This document shows positions 1-9,092 of a stretch of 21,745 nt of DNA, piece after piece (the stretch's first letter is position 1; each line of letters begins with the position of its first letter). The DNA is taken from NCBI GenBank assembly GCA_964615185.1, contig CAZTOS010000037.1, positions 1-21,745 on the forward strand, written 5' to 3'. Both the position numbers and the translations under genes were made by a program. Below the pieces are notes generated by a model. It was not told the origin of the DNA. It worked only from the letters and a program-made list of their open reading frames with translations, and searched no databases. This stretch comes from an uncultured Thermococci archaeon (GTDB taxonomy: Archaea > Methanobacteriota_B > Thermococci > Thermococcales > Thermococcaceae).

Positions 1-48
1 GTAAATAGGAACTTACGAAACATTTGTTGGTTTTTGTTTTCCGTAATT

Positions 49-56
49 TTTATATA
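49..56 (+). promoter_or_regulatory. Putative TATA box for the structured ncRNA
   Basis: TTTATATA at 49-56 in an AT-rich stretch (17/60 GC in 1-60), about 25 nt upstream of where the GC-rich structured region begins (~80). Confidence 0.55.
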
Positions 57-79
57 GCCTTGTGGGGTAGTTTTTAGTG

Positions 80-273
80 ATGTAGCAGTCTCCGGTATGT
101 GGGGTTTTGTAAGCCCGAATGGAGACTTAACGGAAGATGTGGGGAGTTACCGTTCCCCCCGAAAGCCACCCAATGAAACCACGAGGGTGGAAGGTTATCC
201 GCTACCGAAAGTTCCACTTGCTTCAAAGGTAGCGGATAACCAGAACGGGCGACATCCCTACTGCCCCCCTTTT
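80..273 (+). ncRNA. Structured ncRNA resembling a TnpB omegaRNA / IS200-605-607 right-end RNA (possibly HgcC-like), with no tnpB CDS attached
   Basis: 54% GC over 81-270 (hand count). Stems: AGTCTCC 87-93/GGAGACT 121-127; GGGTTT 102-107/AAGCCC 111-116; GGGGAG 141-146/TTCCCC 153-158; CCACCC 166-171/GGGTGG 185-190; perfect 14-bp GGTTATCCGCTACC 193-206/GGTAGCGGATAACC 228-241; possible pseudoknot CCGTTC 150-155/GAACGG 243-248. The frame from 134 reads KMWGVTVPPESHPMK, which resembles archaeal TnpB C-termini (from memory), with an in-frame TAA at 128-130. Ends are approximate. Confidence 0.65.
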
Positions 274-289
274 CCAAAAATTTATTATA
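274..289 (+). promoter_or_regulatory. Putative BRE/TATA promoter of topA
   Basis: A-rich CCAAAAA followed by TTTATTATA (281-289), about 30 nt before the RBS GAGGAG (311-316) and the start codon. Confidence 0.5.
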
Positions 290-322
290 TGCTCTTCTTC
301 AATTCCCTAAGAGGAGATGCCA

Positions 323-3300
323 ATGACTGTCTTAATTATTGCAGAGAAGCCAAATGTTGCAAAGAAAATTGCATATGCCCTTGCTGAAGGAAAGCCCATA
401 CGAAAAACTTTGTATGGTGTTCCCTACTATGAATTAACCCGCGATGGAAAAAAGATAATCGTGGCTCCAGCAGTTGGTCATCTCTATACACTGGCTCCGA
501 AAACCAAAACCTATGGTTACCCTATTTTTGATATTGAATGGGTCCCAGTTTATGTTGCTGAAAAAGGAAAGAGCTATGCCAAAGACTATATCAAAGCTTT
601 GAGAGAGCTTGCAAAGAGAGCTGATGAATTTATAGTTGCTTGTGACTATGATACTGAAGGTGAAGTAATTGGATATACAGCATTAAAATACGCCTGCGGC
701 GTTGACCCGAAGAAAGCAAAGCGTATGAAGTTCTCAGCTTTAACGAAGAGGGACATCCTTAAGGCATGGTACAACCTTGAGCCAACGATAAACTTTGGAA
801 TGGCCGATGCTGGAATAGCGAGGCATGTTCTTGATTGGTATTGGGGTGTCAACCTTTCGAGAGCTCTAACACATGCTATAAAGCGTGCAAGCGGCAAGTG
901 GATGATTTTAAGCACGGGTAGAGTTCAAGGGCCTACGCTCAAGTTCTTAGTTGAACGAGAAAAGGAAATTGCAAACTTCAAGCCAACTCCATACTGGGTC
1001 ATAAAGATGATTTTGGAGAAAAACGGGAAGCAGTATATAGCCACCTACGAAAAAGAGCGCATCTTAGATGAGGAGGAGGCAAAGCGCATTGTTCAAGAGG
1101 CTAAGAAAGGGCCAGCTTTTGTCGAGAAAGTTGAAGTCAAGCAGCAGAAGAGAAATTCCCCACATCCTTTTGACTTGGGAACACTCCAGAGAGAAGCGTA
1201 TTCTGCTTTTGGTTATTCTCCAAAGAAGACTTTGGATATTGCGCAGAGGTTGTATGAGAAAGGTTATTGTCTTCACCCAGATTCCCTAATTTTGACGCCT
1301 AACGGTATAAAACGAATTGAAGAACTCCCAGAAGAAGGCGAAGTTTTGGCCCTTGATTTTGGACTGAGGCTTTCGAAATGCCACTACAAGTTACTTGAAA
1401 GAGAAGCTGATGAACTCATGTACAAAGTAAAGCTCTCAGATAACACTGAGCTTTTAATCACTGCTGATCATCCAGTTTTGGTTTATCGTGAGGATAAATT
1501 AATTTTTGTCCCTGCCGAAAAGCTAAAAGAGAATGACCAAGTAGTAATGCTGATTAACAACTCCAAATTCCATGAAGAAAAAACACTGACCCTGCTTGAT
1601 ATTCTTCTTGAGAAAGCAAATTCCATGAAAGACTACATACTTTTCAAGCCAGAATTTGGAGAAGAAATTAGAAAAAGACTCATGGATGCCAATAAAAAAA
1701 CTGAGATTCTTGTTCTGTTTAATATAAAGGAACCAACATACTATAAATACTTGCGCGGCAAAATGCCGGTTCCCATAGTTAGATACCTGCTGGGAGAGGG
1801 AGTTATTACACTGAAAGAGCTGAGGGAGAACTATCTTGGTTTTACTTACAGCACTTCAGTTAAACCGGTTAGATTTGAGCCTAATGAGGATTTCTGGTAT
1901 CTGTTTGGCTTTGTGATTGGCGATGGACATCTTGCAAAGAAAGGTGCAATAACAATTCCTGCCAAAGATAGAGAAATGGAGACAATCAAAGCTATTGAGC
2001 ACTCAGTCAAAGCTCTTGGTCTTAGCATCAGATACAACAAAAAACATAAGGTAATAACGATAAGAAGCAAATCATTAACAAGGATATTTGAGCTTTTAGG
2101 CTGTCCATACGGGAATAAAACTGAGGTATTTGATATCCCAGATGAGATTACCTCCAAGAGAGAATGGATTTTGGCGTTCTTGGCTGGGTATTATGATGCC
2201 GATTCGCACATTGGGATAAAGCCTACGGGAGGGAAAAAGTCGTTTTCGCCTCAGATTGTTTTGACATCAAAGAACAAGAAGGCAATATATAAAGTTAAGA
2301 TGCTTTGGCAGCTGTTAGGCGTTGGAACGTATATCTGGACTAAAAAGGATAGAAATGGCATGTTCCAAGCATATGAGCTTAAGGTTTACTCACGTGATGC
2401 ACTACGCTTTTATGAGCTGATAAAAGGCTATCTCAGGGTTAAACGGGAAGATTTGGAGAGAGTAAGACAGCTTGCAATACGGGAGAGGAAACCTTTTTCA
2501 CGCCACTACAGCTTAATAAAAGTTGAGAAGTGGAAAGGAAAAATAAAGTCCAATGCTGGAGTGTGGAAAAGGTTTGATTTAGGCAACCAAACAGTACACA
2601 AGAGAGCAATAAGCTTAGACAAGCTCAAAAAGCTTCTGCCCTATTTGCAAGACAGCGACTTGAGAAGAGTTGCATCTGGTGACGTTTACATCTTAAAAAT
2701 CAAAGAGATTGAGAAATTCCATTATAAAGGAAAAGTTTATGATTTAGTTGTTGAGAACTACCACAACTTCATAGCCAATGGAGTAGTTGTGCACAACTGT
2801 TCATATCCACGTACAAGCTCTCAGAAACTCCCTAAGAATCTAAACTACAAATACATAATTCAAAGCCTCGCAAAAATCCCTGAATACAAGCCCTTTGCCC
2901 ATGAGCTTTTGGGCAAACCTCAGCTAAAACCAGTTGAAGGACCAAAAGATGACCCAGCCCATCCAGCAATTTACCCTACTGGTGAATTGCCTAAACCTGG
3001 AGAGCTAACTCAAGAGGAAAAGAACATCTACGATTTAATAGTTAGAAGATTTTTGGCAGCATTTGCAGACCCAGCAGTTAGGGAGATTATGAAAGTCATA
3101 ATAAACTCAAACAATCACCGGTTCATTTTAAGCGGAGCGAGGACATTAAAGGAAGGATGGCTCAAGATTTACGGCAAATATGTCAGCTTTGATGAAGTTA
3201 TCCTGCCTAAGTTCAGAGAAGGAAAGCCTGTCAGAGTTATCCAAATCAAGCGTGAGAAAAAGAAAACAAAGCCTCCAGCCCGTTATAGTCCGGCAAGCGT

Positions 3301-4039
3301 CATCAAAAAGATGGAGGATTTAGGAATAGGAACAAAGGCAACAAGGGCGCAGATTTTGGAGACGCTCTATCAGAGGGGGTACATTGAGGGGAAGAAAAAA
3401 ATTAGGGTAACTCCCCTCGGCATAAAGGTAGTCGAGGCTTTGGAAAAGAACGTGCCGGAGATTGTGAGTGTTGAACTTACAAGAGAGTTCGAAGAAAAAA
3501 TGGATGAAATTATGAAGCGGAAACTGAGCAAAGATAAGGTCATTGAAGAAGCAAAGGAACAGTTAATAAAGATTCTCAAGGAGTTTAAAGCCAAGGAGCT
3601 GGACATAGGCAGGGAACTTATGGAAAAGTTATTGGAAAGCGAAAAAAGCAAAAATAAGAAGTCAAAGAAAAAGACTGTTAAAGACTTGACATCAGAAGAG
3701 GAAGAAGCTATAAAAAAAGCTGTTGACAGAGATGAGAGAAAACAAAAAAATGAGAGAATAATTGTGGGAAAATGTCCTAAATGTGGTGGAGATTTGGTTA
3801 TAAGATACAACAGAAAAACTGGAAAGAGGTTTGTTGGCTGCTCAAACTGGCCCAACTGTGATGTTACCTACCCGCTTTTACAGAGAGGGGAAATAATTCC
3901 AACGGGAAAAGTTTGTCCAGAGTGCGGCAATGCCCCAATAGTGAAAATCAGGGAGAAAAACAGGGAATATGAAGTCTGTTTGAACATGAACTGCAGAAAA
4001 TGGAAATACAATAATAAGACAAATAAAAGGAGACCCTAA
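323..4039 (+). CDS. topA: DNA topoisomerase I (type IA), intein-containing precursor
   Basis: TOPRIM motifs IIAEKP and [17 protein letters not shown]; after splicing the sequence reads LYEKGY-CSYPRT (catalytic Tyr); [18 protein letters not shown]-terminal Zn ribbons [12 protein letters not shown] and CPEC..CLNMNC. ATG 323 is preferred over 317 on RBS spacing. Confidence 0.97.
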   Translation: MTVLIIAEKPNVAKKIAYALAEGKPIRKTLYGVPYYELTRDGKKIIVAPAVGHLYTLAPKTKTYGYPIFDIEWVPVYVAEKGKSYAKDYIKALRELAKRADEFIVACDYDTEGEVIGYTALKYACGVDPKKAKRMKFSALTKRDILKAWYNLEPTINFGMADAGIARHVLDWYWGVNLSRALTHAIKRASGKWMILSTGRVQGPTLKFLVEREKEIANFKPTPYWVIKMILEKNGKQYIATYEKERILDEEEAKRIVQEAKKGPAFVEKVEVKQQKRNSPHPFDLGTLQREAYSAFGYSPKKTLDIAQRLYEKGYCLHPDSLILTPNGIKRIEELPEEGEVLALDFGLRLSKCHYKLLEREADELMYKVKLSDNTELLITADHPVLVYREDKLIFVPAEKLKENDQVVMLINNSKFHEEKTLTLLDILLEKANSMKDYILFKPEFGEEIRKRLMDANKKTEILVLFNIKEPTYYKYLRGKMPVPIVRYLLGEGVITLKELRENYLGFTYSTSVKPVRFEPNEDFWYLFGFVIGDGHLAKKGAITIPAKDREMETIKAIEHSVKALGLSIRYNKKHKVITIRSKSLTRIFELLGCPYGNKTEVFDIPDEITSKREWILAFLAGYYDADSHIGIKPTGGKKSFSPQIVLTSKNKKAIYKVKMLWQLLGVGTYIWTKKDRNGMFQAYELKVYSRDALRFYELIKGYLRVKREDLERVRQLAIRERKPFSRHYSLIKVEKWKGKIKSNAGVWKRFDLGNQTVHKRAISLDKLKKLLPYLQDSDLRRVASGDVYILKIKEIEKFHYKGKVYDLVVENYHNFIANGVVVHNCSYPRTSSQKLPKNLNYKYIIQSLAKIPEYKPFAHELLGKPQLKPVEGPKDDPAHPAIYPTGELPKPGELTQEEKNIYDLIVRRFLAAFADPAVREIMKVIINSNNHRFILSGARTLKEGWLKIYGKYVSFDEVILPKFREGKPVRVIQIKREKKKTKPPARYSPASVIKKMEDLGIGTKATRAQILETLYQRGYIEGKKKIRVTPLGIKVVEALEKNVPEIVSVELTREFEEKMDEIMKRKLSKDKVIEEAKEQLIKILKEFKAKELDIGRELMEKLLESEKSKNKKSKKKTVKDLTSEEEEAIKKAVDRDERKQKNERIIVGKCPKCGGDLVIRYNRKTGKRFVGCSNWPNCDVTYPLLQRGEIIPTGKVCPECGNAPIVKIREKNREYEVCLNMNCRKWKYNNKTNKRRP
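1268..2797 (+). mobile_element. Intein (510 aa) with LAGLIDADG homing endonuclease domain, in topA
   Basis: Starts CLHPDS (TGT at 1268); block [10 protein letters not shown]; block [12 protein letters not shown]; block [11 protein letters not shown]; blocks [23 protein letters not shown] ending at 2797; +1 residue Cys (TGT 2798). Confidence 0.96.
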
Positions 4040-5229
4040 AGTGCCTCCTTCAAAAGTTTAAGCATTTTGGGCTTTAGCAATATTTTTGGATTCTTTATTA
4101 AAGTCCTAAAGACTTCCTTGTAATCCCCAGCAGCTATTTTCTCGGCATCTACACCACTCATCGCTTGCACTGCGGCATCAAGCTCATCATCACTGAGCTT
4201 TTCACTTATCTGCCTAACTTTTAGAATTCTAAGAAGCCTTTGCCCTTCTCCAGCCCACCATTCCTCAGTGTAGCCTTTGAGTAGTTCAAGATTTTCCTCA
4301 CTCAAAGCTTTGTCAATCCACTTGCTTGCTATCGTTGCCGCTTTCATAGCTTCTGCTATTCCCCCACCGTGCATTGGATTTACCTGTCTTGCCGCATCAC
4401 CGACAACTACAACGTTATCTTTGACAAGCTCTTTCAAAAAGCCGCCAACAGGGACGCCTCCAACATTAACTTCCAAAATCTTGGTTCCTTTTATGTTGTT
4501 CTCTTTGAGCCACTTCTCAAGGTAGTACTTTGCCGTTTTTGGATTATCCCCATTTATTCCAATCCCAACATTTGCCCTGTCTTCATCTTTTGGGAAAATC
4601 CATACATAGCCCCTTGGAGCAACTTCATTGCCAAAGTAAAGATGAATGATGTCTGGATCAAACTCAAAATTCTCAATTATCATCTCGTATTCATAAGCTG
4701 AGTCAAGCTCGTGGGGTGGTAAAAAGCTGTTTATTCCAGCCCATCTTGCTACCCTGCTCTCTACACCATCAGCCGCGACAATCACATCAGCGTAAATCTC
4801 CAAAGGTTCGCCCTCGTGCTTAGCTTTAACCCCGACTATCTTGCCTTCTTTTCTTATTAAGCCAATCGCTTCTGTCTTTGCCATAACATCTGCTCCGGCT
4901 TTGGCTGCATAATAAGCGAGCATCTTGTCAAAGATTTTTCTCTCCAAAATTATGCCACCTACTTTATCATATCTAATTTCAAGTTTGTAACCACTTGGAG
5001 AATAAACAGTAGCACCATAAATTTCTCTATTTATGAAACGCTTGTCCAATGGAATATCATATTTTTTGAAGTTTGCAATGCCTAATCCTTCAGCACATCT
5101 CTTTGGTGACCCTATTTCGGCTTTTTTGTCAATCATGAGAACCCTGTATCCTTTTTTGGCTAAATTCCTTGATAAAATTGGCCCTGCAATGCCAGCTCCA
5201 ACGACTACAACATCATAATACAGCTCCAT
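4036..5229 (-). CDS. Digeranylgeranylglycerophospholipid (geranylgeranyl) reductase, FAD-dependent
   Basis: [12 protein letters not shown]ossmann motif, [38 protein letters not shown] 5229 lies 9 nt after GGAGG. Confidence 0.9.
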   Translation of the reverse strand: MELYYDVVVVGAGIAGPILSRNLAKKGYRVLMIDKKAEIGSPKRCAEGLGIANFKKYDIPLDKRFINREIYGATVYSPSGYKLEIRYDKVGGIILERKIFDKMLAYYAAKAGADVMAKTEAIGLIRKEGKIVGVKAKHEGEPLEIYADVIVAADGVESRVARWAGINSFLPPHELDSAYEYEMIIENFEFDPDIIHLYFGNEVAPRGYVWIFPKDEDRANVGIGINGDNPKTAKYYLEKWLKENNIKGTKILEVNVGGVPVGGFLKELVKDNVVVVGDAARQVNPMHGGGIAEAMKAATIASKWIDKALSEENLELLKGYTEEWWAGEGQRLLRILKVRQISEKLSDDELDAAVQAMSGVDAEKIAAGDYKEVFRTLIKNPKILLKPKMLKLLKEAL

Positions 5230-5230
5230 T

Positions 5231-5428
5231 TTACTCAACCTCCTTAGCAGTTAAAGCACCAACTGGGCAAGTCAAAACGCAGAACTTACATCCAATGCAT
5301 TTCTCTTGGAAGAATTTCCATTCATCGTTTTCAATTATTATTGCCTCCTTTGGACATACCGCCACACAAGAGCCACAGAGATAGCACTTTTCTCTGTTAA
5401 CTAGAATTCCAACCTTTGAAAGCGCCAT
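5231..5428 (-). CDS. 2x[4Fe-4S] ferredoxin, probably co-transcribed with the reductase
   Basis: Two CxxCxxCxxxCP motifs ([24 protein letters not shown]); GGAGG RBS. Confidence 0.92.
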   Translation of the reverse strand: MALSKVGILVNREKCYLCGSCVAVCPKEAIIIENDEWKFFQEKCIGCKFCVLTCPVGALTAKEVE

Positions 5429-5442
5429 AGTTAAACCTCCTG

Positions 5443-6135
5443 CTATTTGACTAACTTTCTTAATTTTTCTTCATCTATTTTTATTGTGCCATTATCTTTT
5501 ATTATTAACGGTACAAACTTATTCAGCTCTTCGGCCTTTTTGATGACCTCTCTCTCTTTGATGTTAAATCGGTCACTGAGATCTTCAATTGTAGCCTCCC
5601 CGTAAAGCATCAAATAGTGAAGTATTGCCAGCTGAGTCATGTCACCAATCTCGTCCAAATAGTGTTCTTTTATCCTTTTTACAAGCATATCTCTGTAGCT
5701 TTCAAGAGACTTCAAAGCTTCCAGCAGAGTGTACAGCTGTTTATTCGCATCAATAAGGTTTATGACCATAGCCTGAAGAGTAGCTGGTGATTCTTCAAGG
5801 TTCTCCAGGTCTATCTCGAATTTCCTTAACTCAGGTTTCCCATCCAGCTTAATCCCCTTATACCAGAATAAATTCGGAGTTACAGTGACAACATAAGTGC
5901 TGGATAGGGTTATTTTATAATACTTCCTGACAGGCCCTATGAATTTACCTTCCTTCTCATATGATTTGAGGAGTCCCTCTCTTTCCATGATTTTGAGATG
6001 TTTTGAGACTGCCGTTGATGAAACACTAACTTTATTGCTCAATAAACTGAAGTAGCATTCAGTACAAGTTAAATGGCTGAGCAAATCTCTTCTCACCTTA
6101 TTTCCCAGAATGTAAAATATATCTGGTTCAGACAT
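5443..6135 (-). CDS. surR: Sulfur-response regulator SurR (ArsR-type, redox CxxC switch)
   Basis: EPDIFYILGNKVRRDLLSHLTCTEC N-terminus with CxxC, HTH, divergent from pdo, with SurR boxes in between. ATG 6135 preferred over GTG 6144. Confidence 0.92.
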   Translation of the reverse strand: MSEPDIFYILGNKVRRDLLSHLTCTECYFSLLSNKVSVSSTAVSKHLKIMEREGLLKSYEKEGKFIGPVRKYYKITLSSTYVVTVTPNLFWYKGIKLDGKPELRKFEIDLENLEESPATLQAMVINLIDANKQLYTLLEALKSLESYRDMLVKRIKEHYLDEIGDMTQLAILHYLMLYGEATIEDLSDRFNIKEREVIKKAEELNKFVPLIIKDNGTIKIDEEKLRKLVK

Positions 6136-6185
6136 GTCCCCCACCTACTCAAATTTGTAGCGTAAAGCTTATATAGTGTGCATCT

Positions 6186-6202
6186 AACCTTTGGTTGACA
6201 AC
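6186..6202 (-). promoter_or_regulatory. Extended SurR binding site GTTn3AACn5GTT
   Basis: The + strand reads AAC-ctttg-GTT-gac-AAC, the exact reverse complement of GTTn3AACn5GTT. It lies between the putative TATA boxes of surR (TATATAAG on the minus strand, 6168-6175) and pdo (TTTATTAA, 6218-6225). Confidence 0.85.
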
Positions 6203-6242
6203 TTTAAATTTGCAAACTTTATTAAAATGTTGCACTCTAAAG

Positions 6243-6251
6243 GTTATAAAC
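6243..6251. promoter_or_regulatory. Short SurR binding site GTTn3AAC near the expected pdo transcription start
   Basis: GTT-ata-AAC, flanked to give AAAGGTTATAAACCTTT. Confidence 0.75.
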
Positions 6252-6282
6252 CTTTAGCTCAGAGGATTTGGGGGTGTTTGGA

Positions 6283-6957
6283 ATGGGATTGATAAGTGAT
6301 GGAGATAAAAGAGTCATTAAGGAGGAGTTCTTTTCAAAGCTAACCAACCCAGTCAAGCTTATCGTGTTCATTGGCAAGGATCATTGTCAGTATTGTGAAC
6401 AGCTTAAGCAGCTTGTTCAAGAGATTAGCGAGCTGAGTGGTCTTGTTAGTTTTGAGATCCATGATTTTGGCAAGGAAAAGGATCTGGCACAGAAGTACAG
6501 AGTTGACAGAGCTCCAGTTACAGTAATAACTCAGGATGGAAAAGATTTTGGGGTTAGATATTTCGGTCTCCCAGCCGGTCATGAGTTTGGCGCATTTCTT
6601 GAGGATATAGTTGATGTCTCTAACGGAACAACAGATTTAATGGAAGAGACCAAAGATGTCATCAAAGAAGTTGATAAAGATGTCAGAATCTTGGTATTTG
6701 TAACGCCAACCTGTCCATACTGTCCCATGGCAGTTAGAATGGCACACAAGTTTGCTATTGAGAATGCATTAGCTGGAAAGAACAAGGTACTTGGAGACAT
6801 GGTTGAAGCGATTGAATACCCAGAGTGGGCTGACCAGTACAGGGTGATGGCAGTTCCAAAGATAGTCATCCAAGTTAACGGCATTGACAAAGTTGAGTTT
6901 GAGGGTGCTTATCCAGAGAAGATGTTCCTGGAGAAGCTTCTTGAAGCTCTCGACTGA
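6283..6957 (+). CDS. pdo: Protein disulfide oxidoreductase (two thioredoxin folds)
   Basis: CQYC and CPYC active sites; MGLIS N-terminus; FEGAYPE C-terminal motif; divergent from surR. Confidence 0.93.
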   Translation: MGLISDGDKRVIKEEFFSKLTNPVKLIVFIGKDHCQYCEQLKQLVQEISELSGLVSFEIHDFGKEKDLAQKYRVDRAPVTVITQDGKDFGVRYFGLPAGHEFGAFLEDIVDVSNGTTDLMEETKDVIKEVDKDVRILVFVTPTCPYCPMAVRMAHKFAIENALAGKNKVLGDMVEAIEYPEWADQYRVMAVPKIVIQVNGIDKVEFEGAYPEKMFLEKLLEALD

Positions 6958-6988
6958 TTTTTAAATCTTTCCTTCCATTTTGATCATG

Positions 6989-7593
6989 ATGAGAGTATTC
7001 ATAATCAAAGCAAATCACGCACATACAAAGGCAGATTTCAGTCTAAAAGATTTACCTGGAACAAGCGGTAGGATTGATTTACTCTGTCGGAGCATTAATT
7101 CGGCTTTTCTGCTTTCCCATGGCTTTCGTAAAAATGTTAGAGTCTGGCTAAATTTAAATGGTCCACCGAATCCACCTAAAACTATACGATTTGAAGGTAA
7201 TGAGATTAAATCCAAAACAATAAATCCAGATGAGAGGAGCATTGCAAAACTGATATTAAAGCACTAAAAGCCGGCGAAGAAATAAAGGAGCCCAGCAAAG
7301 AGCATCAAGTCTTACCAGGAATTTACATCAGCAATTTGACCTTTGAGGATATCGTGAGAAAAACCATCAAAACTGCAAAGCTCTACTATCTTCACGAAGA
7401 GGGCAAACCAATAACTAAGGTTAACTTTAAAGGAAACCTCGCATTTATTCTTGGAGATCACATTGGACTAACTAAGGAAGATGAGGCTTTTCTTGAAAGC
7501 ATTGCAGAAAAGATTAGCATCGGAAGAAAGAGCTACCTAACTTCACATGTTATTGCTTATGTCAATATCTTTCTGGATAATTTGGGCATCTAA
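6989..7593 (+). pseudogene. trmY: tRNA (pseudouridine-54-N1)-methyltransferase TrmY (SPOUT), split by a single-base frameshift at ~7258-7260 (real lesion or sequencing error)
   Basis: [25 protein letters not shown] and PDERS are in one frame; [28 protein letters not shown] are in the -1 frame, which is open from 7261. Adding one A to TTAAAGCA restores a 201-aa protein. Confidence 0.85.
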
Positions 7594-8048
7594 ACTTCTT
7601 CTTTTTCAAATTCGAGTTTTAATGTTGTATGTTCCTGTTTAATTTTTTCAACAAGTTGAGAGATTTCGTCACTCAAGCTTCTTAGCTTTTCTGATAGCTT
7701 GCTGAGTTCTTCAACTACAAGTTCAAGGGCTTTTTCACTTTCTTCTACCTCACGCATGGCCTCCGCAAGTTTCTCTTCTTCCTCTTTCTTGTAAATTTCA
7801 ATTTTCAAGCTATCATAGCGCCATTCAATTTTTCCGTCCTTAATATCAAACTCCACCTCAATCCTCACAACATCTTCCTTTTTTACACCCATATCCTGAA
7901 ACTTGTTGAAGATATACTGATTAAGCTCAGCGGCTGCTCTTACCACTTCCTCGGGATTGACTTTTCCTCGTGTAATAGCGAATAATACTTTTCTCACTTT
8001 GTTTGCATAACCAGCTGCCCTAACAAAACCAGTTAGGAGACGCGGCAT
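7590..8048 (-). CDS. ThermoDBP-related single-stranded nucleic-acid-binding protein (DUF2258) with C-terminal coiled coil
   Basis: [34 protein letters not shown] signature; heptad-rich C-terminus; ATG 8048 follows GGTGGT. Confidence 0.8.
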   Translation of the reverse strand: MPRLLTGFVRAAGYANKVRKVLFAITRGKVNPEEVVRAAAELNQYIFNKFQDMGVKKEDVVRIEVEFDIKDGKIEWRYDSLKIEIYKKEEEEKLAEAMREVEESEKALELVVEELSKLSEKLRSLSDEISQLVEKIKQEHTTLKLEFEKEEV

Positions 8049-8104
8049 GCTTACCACCATATTCTTTTTATGGTTTGAATTATAAATCACTATCGGTGAG
8101 CTAC

Positions 8105-8779
8105 ATGAATATCTTGATTTTTGGGCCACCTGGAAGCGGAAAATCTACTCATTCTCGAAAAATAGTTGAAAAGTACCGCCTGGAGTATATATCCTCCGGA
8201 GACATAATTAGAGCAGAGATACAGAAAGGCACCACACTCGGAAAAGAGATGGCAAGATATCTGGCAAGGGGAGATCTGATCCCCGATGTTGTTGTTAACA
8301 CACTTGTTCTTTCAAGACTAAGAAGGACACGAAATAACTTCATAATCGATGGTTATCCAAGAACTGCTGAGCAGGTTTTAGCCTTAGAAAACTACCTCTA
8401 TGACCATGGAATCAGATTAGATGTTGCAGTTGACATATTCATATCGAAGGAAGAAAGTATCGAAAGAATAAGTGGAAGGAGAATATGCAGCAAGTGTGGA
8501 GCCGTATATCATGTCCGTTACAAACCACCAAAAGTCCCGAATATATGTGACATATGTGGAGAGAAAATTATTCAGAGACCAGACGATAAACCAGACATTG
8601 TTTCAAAGCGGTATGATATTTACATAAAAAATATGAGGCCAATAATTAAGTTTTACAGAAAACAGGGGGTATATGTTCAGATAAACGGTCATGGAGGAAT
8701 TGAGGAAGTGTGGGAGAGAATTAGACCACTCTTAGATTATATCCACAACAAAGAGAAAAAGAGAAAAGAGCACGAGTGA
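8105..8779 (+). CDS. adk: Adenylate kinase (bacterial-type, Zn-binding LID)
   Basis: P-loop GPPGSGKST, ISSGDIIR, IIDGYPRT, LID GRRICSKC..CDICG..QRPDD; GGTGA RBS before ATG 8105. Confidence 0.93.
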   Translation: MNILIFGPPGSGKSTHSRKIVEKYRLEYISSGDIIRAEIQKGTTLGKEMARYLARGDLIPDVVVNTLVLSRLRRTRNNFIIDGYPRTAEQVLALENYLYDHGIRLDVAVDIFISKEESIERISGRRICSKCGAVYHVRYKPPKVPNICDICGEKIIQRPDDKPDIVSKRYDIYIKNMRPIIKFYRKQGVYVQINGHGGIEEVWERIRPLLDYIHNKEKKRKEHE

Positions 8780-8828
8780 GAGAAAAATCTTTATTTCTAA
8801 ATCCAAAAATTTGATTTTGGTGAGTTTA

Positions 8829-9092
8829 ATGAAAGTGAAATTTTACGCCACTCTGAGAGACTTGACTGGGAGAAAAGAAATTGAAATTAGTGGAGTAAAA
8901 ACTGTAAGGGAGCTTTTAGATAAGCTTGACAAGATGTTTTCAGGGATTAAAAAGGAATTAATTGATGAAGATGGAGACGTTAACGGAATTGTACTTATCA
9001 ATGGTCATAATATTGTTCACCTAAAGCTTTGGGATACCGAGCTGAAGGAAGATGACGTAATCCATATATTCCCTCCCGCTGGTGGTGGCTAA
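8829..9092 (+). CDS. MoaD/ThiS-family ubiquitin-like sulfur carrier (SAMP-like)
   Basis: MKVKFYATLRD..VLING..IFPPAGGG with C-terminal diglycine; GGTGA RBS. Confidence 0.9.
   Translation: MKVKFYATLRDLTGRKEIEISGVKTVRELLDKLDKMFSGIKKELIDEDGDVNGIVLINGHNIVHLKLWDTELKEDDVIHIFPPAGGG

Noticed and set aside
137..232. Short ORF MWGVTVPPESHPMK... as an expressed peptide or a tnpB gene
   Set aside because: Only 31 codons, with an upstream in-frame stop and no RuvC or Zn-finger motifs; treated as a fossil frame inside the RNA.
193..241. 14-bp hairpin as an intrinsic terminator, or the region as tRNA, SRP RNA or RNase P RNA
   Set aside because: No adjacent U-tract, the hairpin is embedded in a larger fold, and I could not see a cloverleaf or SRP/RNase P conserved motifs.
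249..269. A target for the putative guide inside this window
   Set aside because: By eye only short partial matches were found (e.g. ACATCCCT near 11060), as expected by chance; a computed search is needed.
74..387. ORFs 74..277 (-) and 97..387 (+)
   Set aside because: No recognisable motifs; they span the structured RNA and the topA promoter and are better explained as by-products of the GC-rich RNA.
3640..3760. A-rich low-complexity stretch in topA as a repeat or insertion
   Set aside because: It encodes an in-frame Lys/Glu-rich linker before the Zn ribbons; no repeat unit was found.
6986..6992. ATGATGA as a C box of a C/D sRNA
   Set aside because: It coincides with the trmY start codons and no suitably placed CTGA D box was seen.
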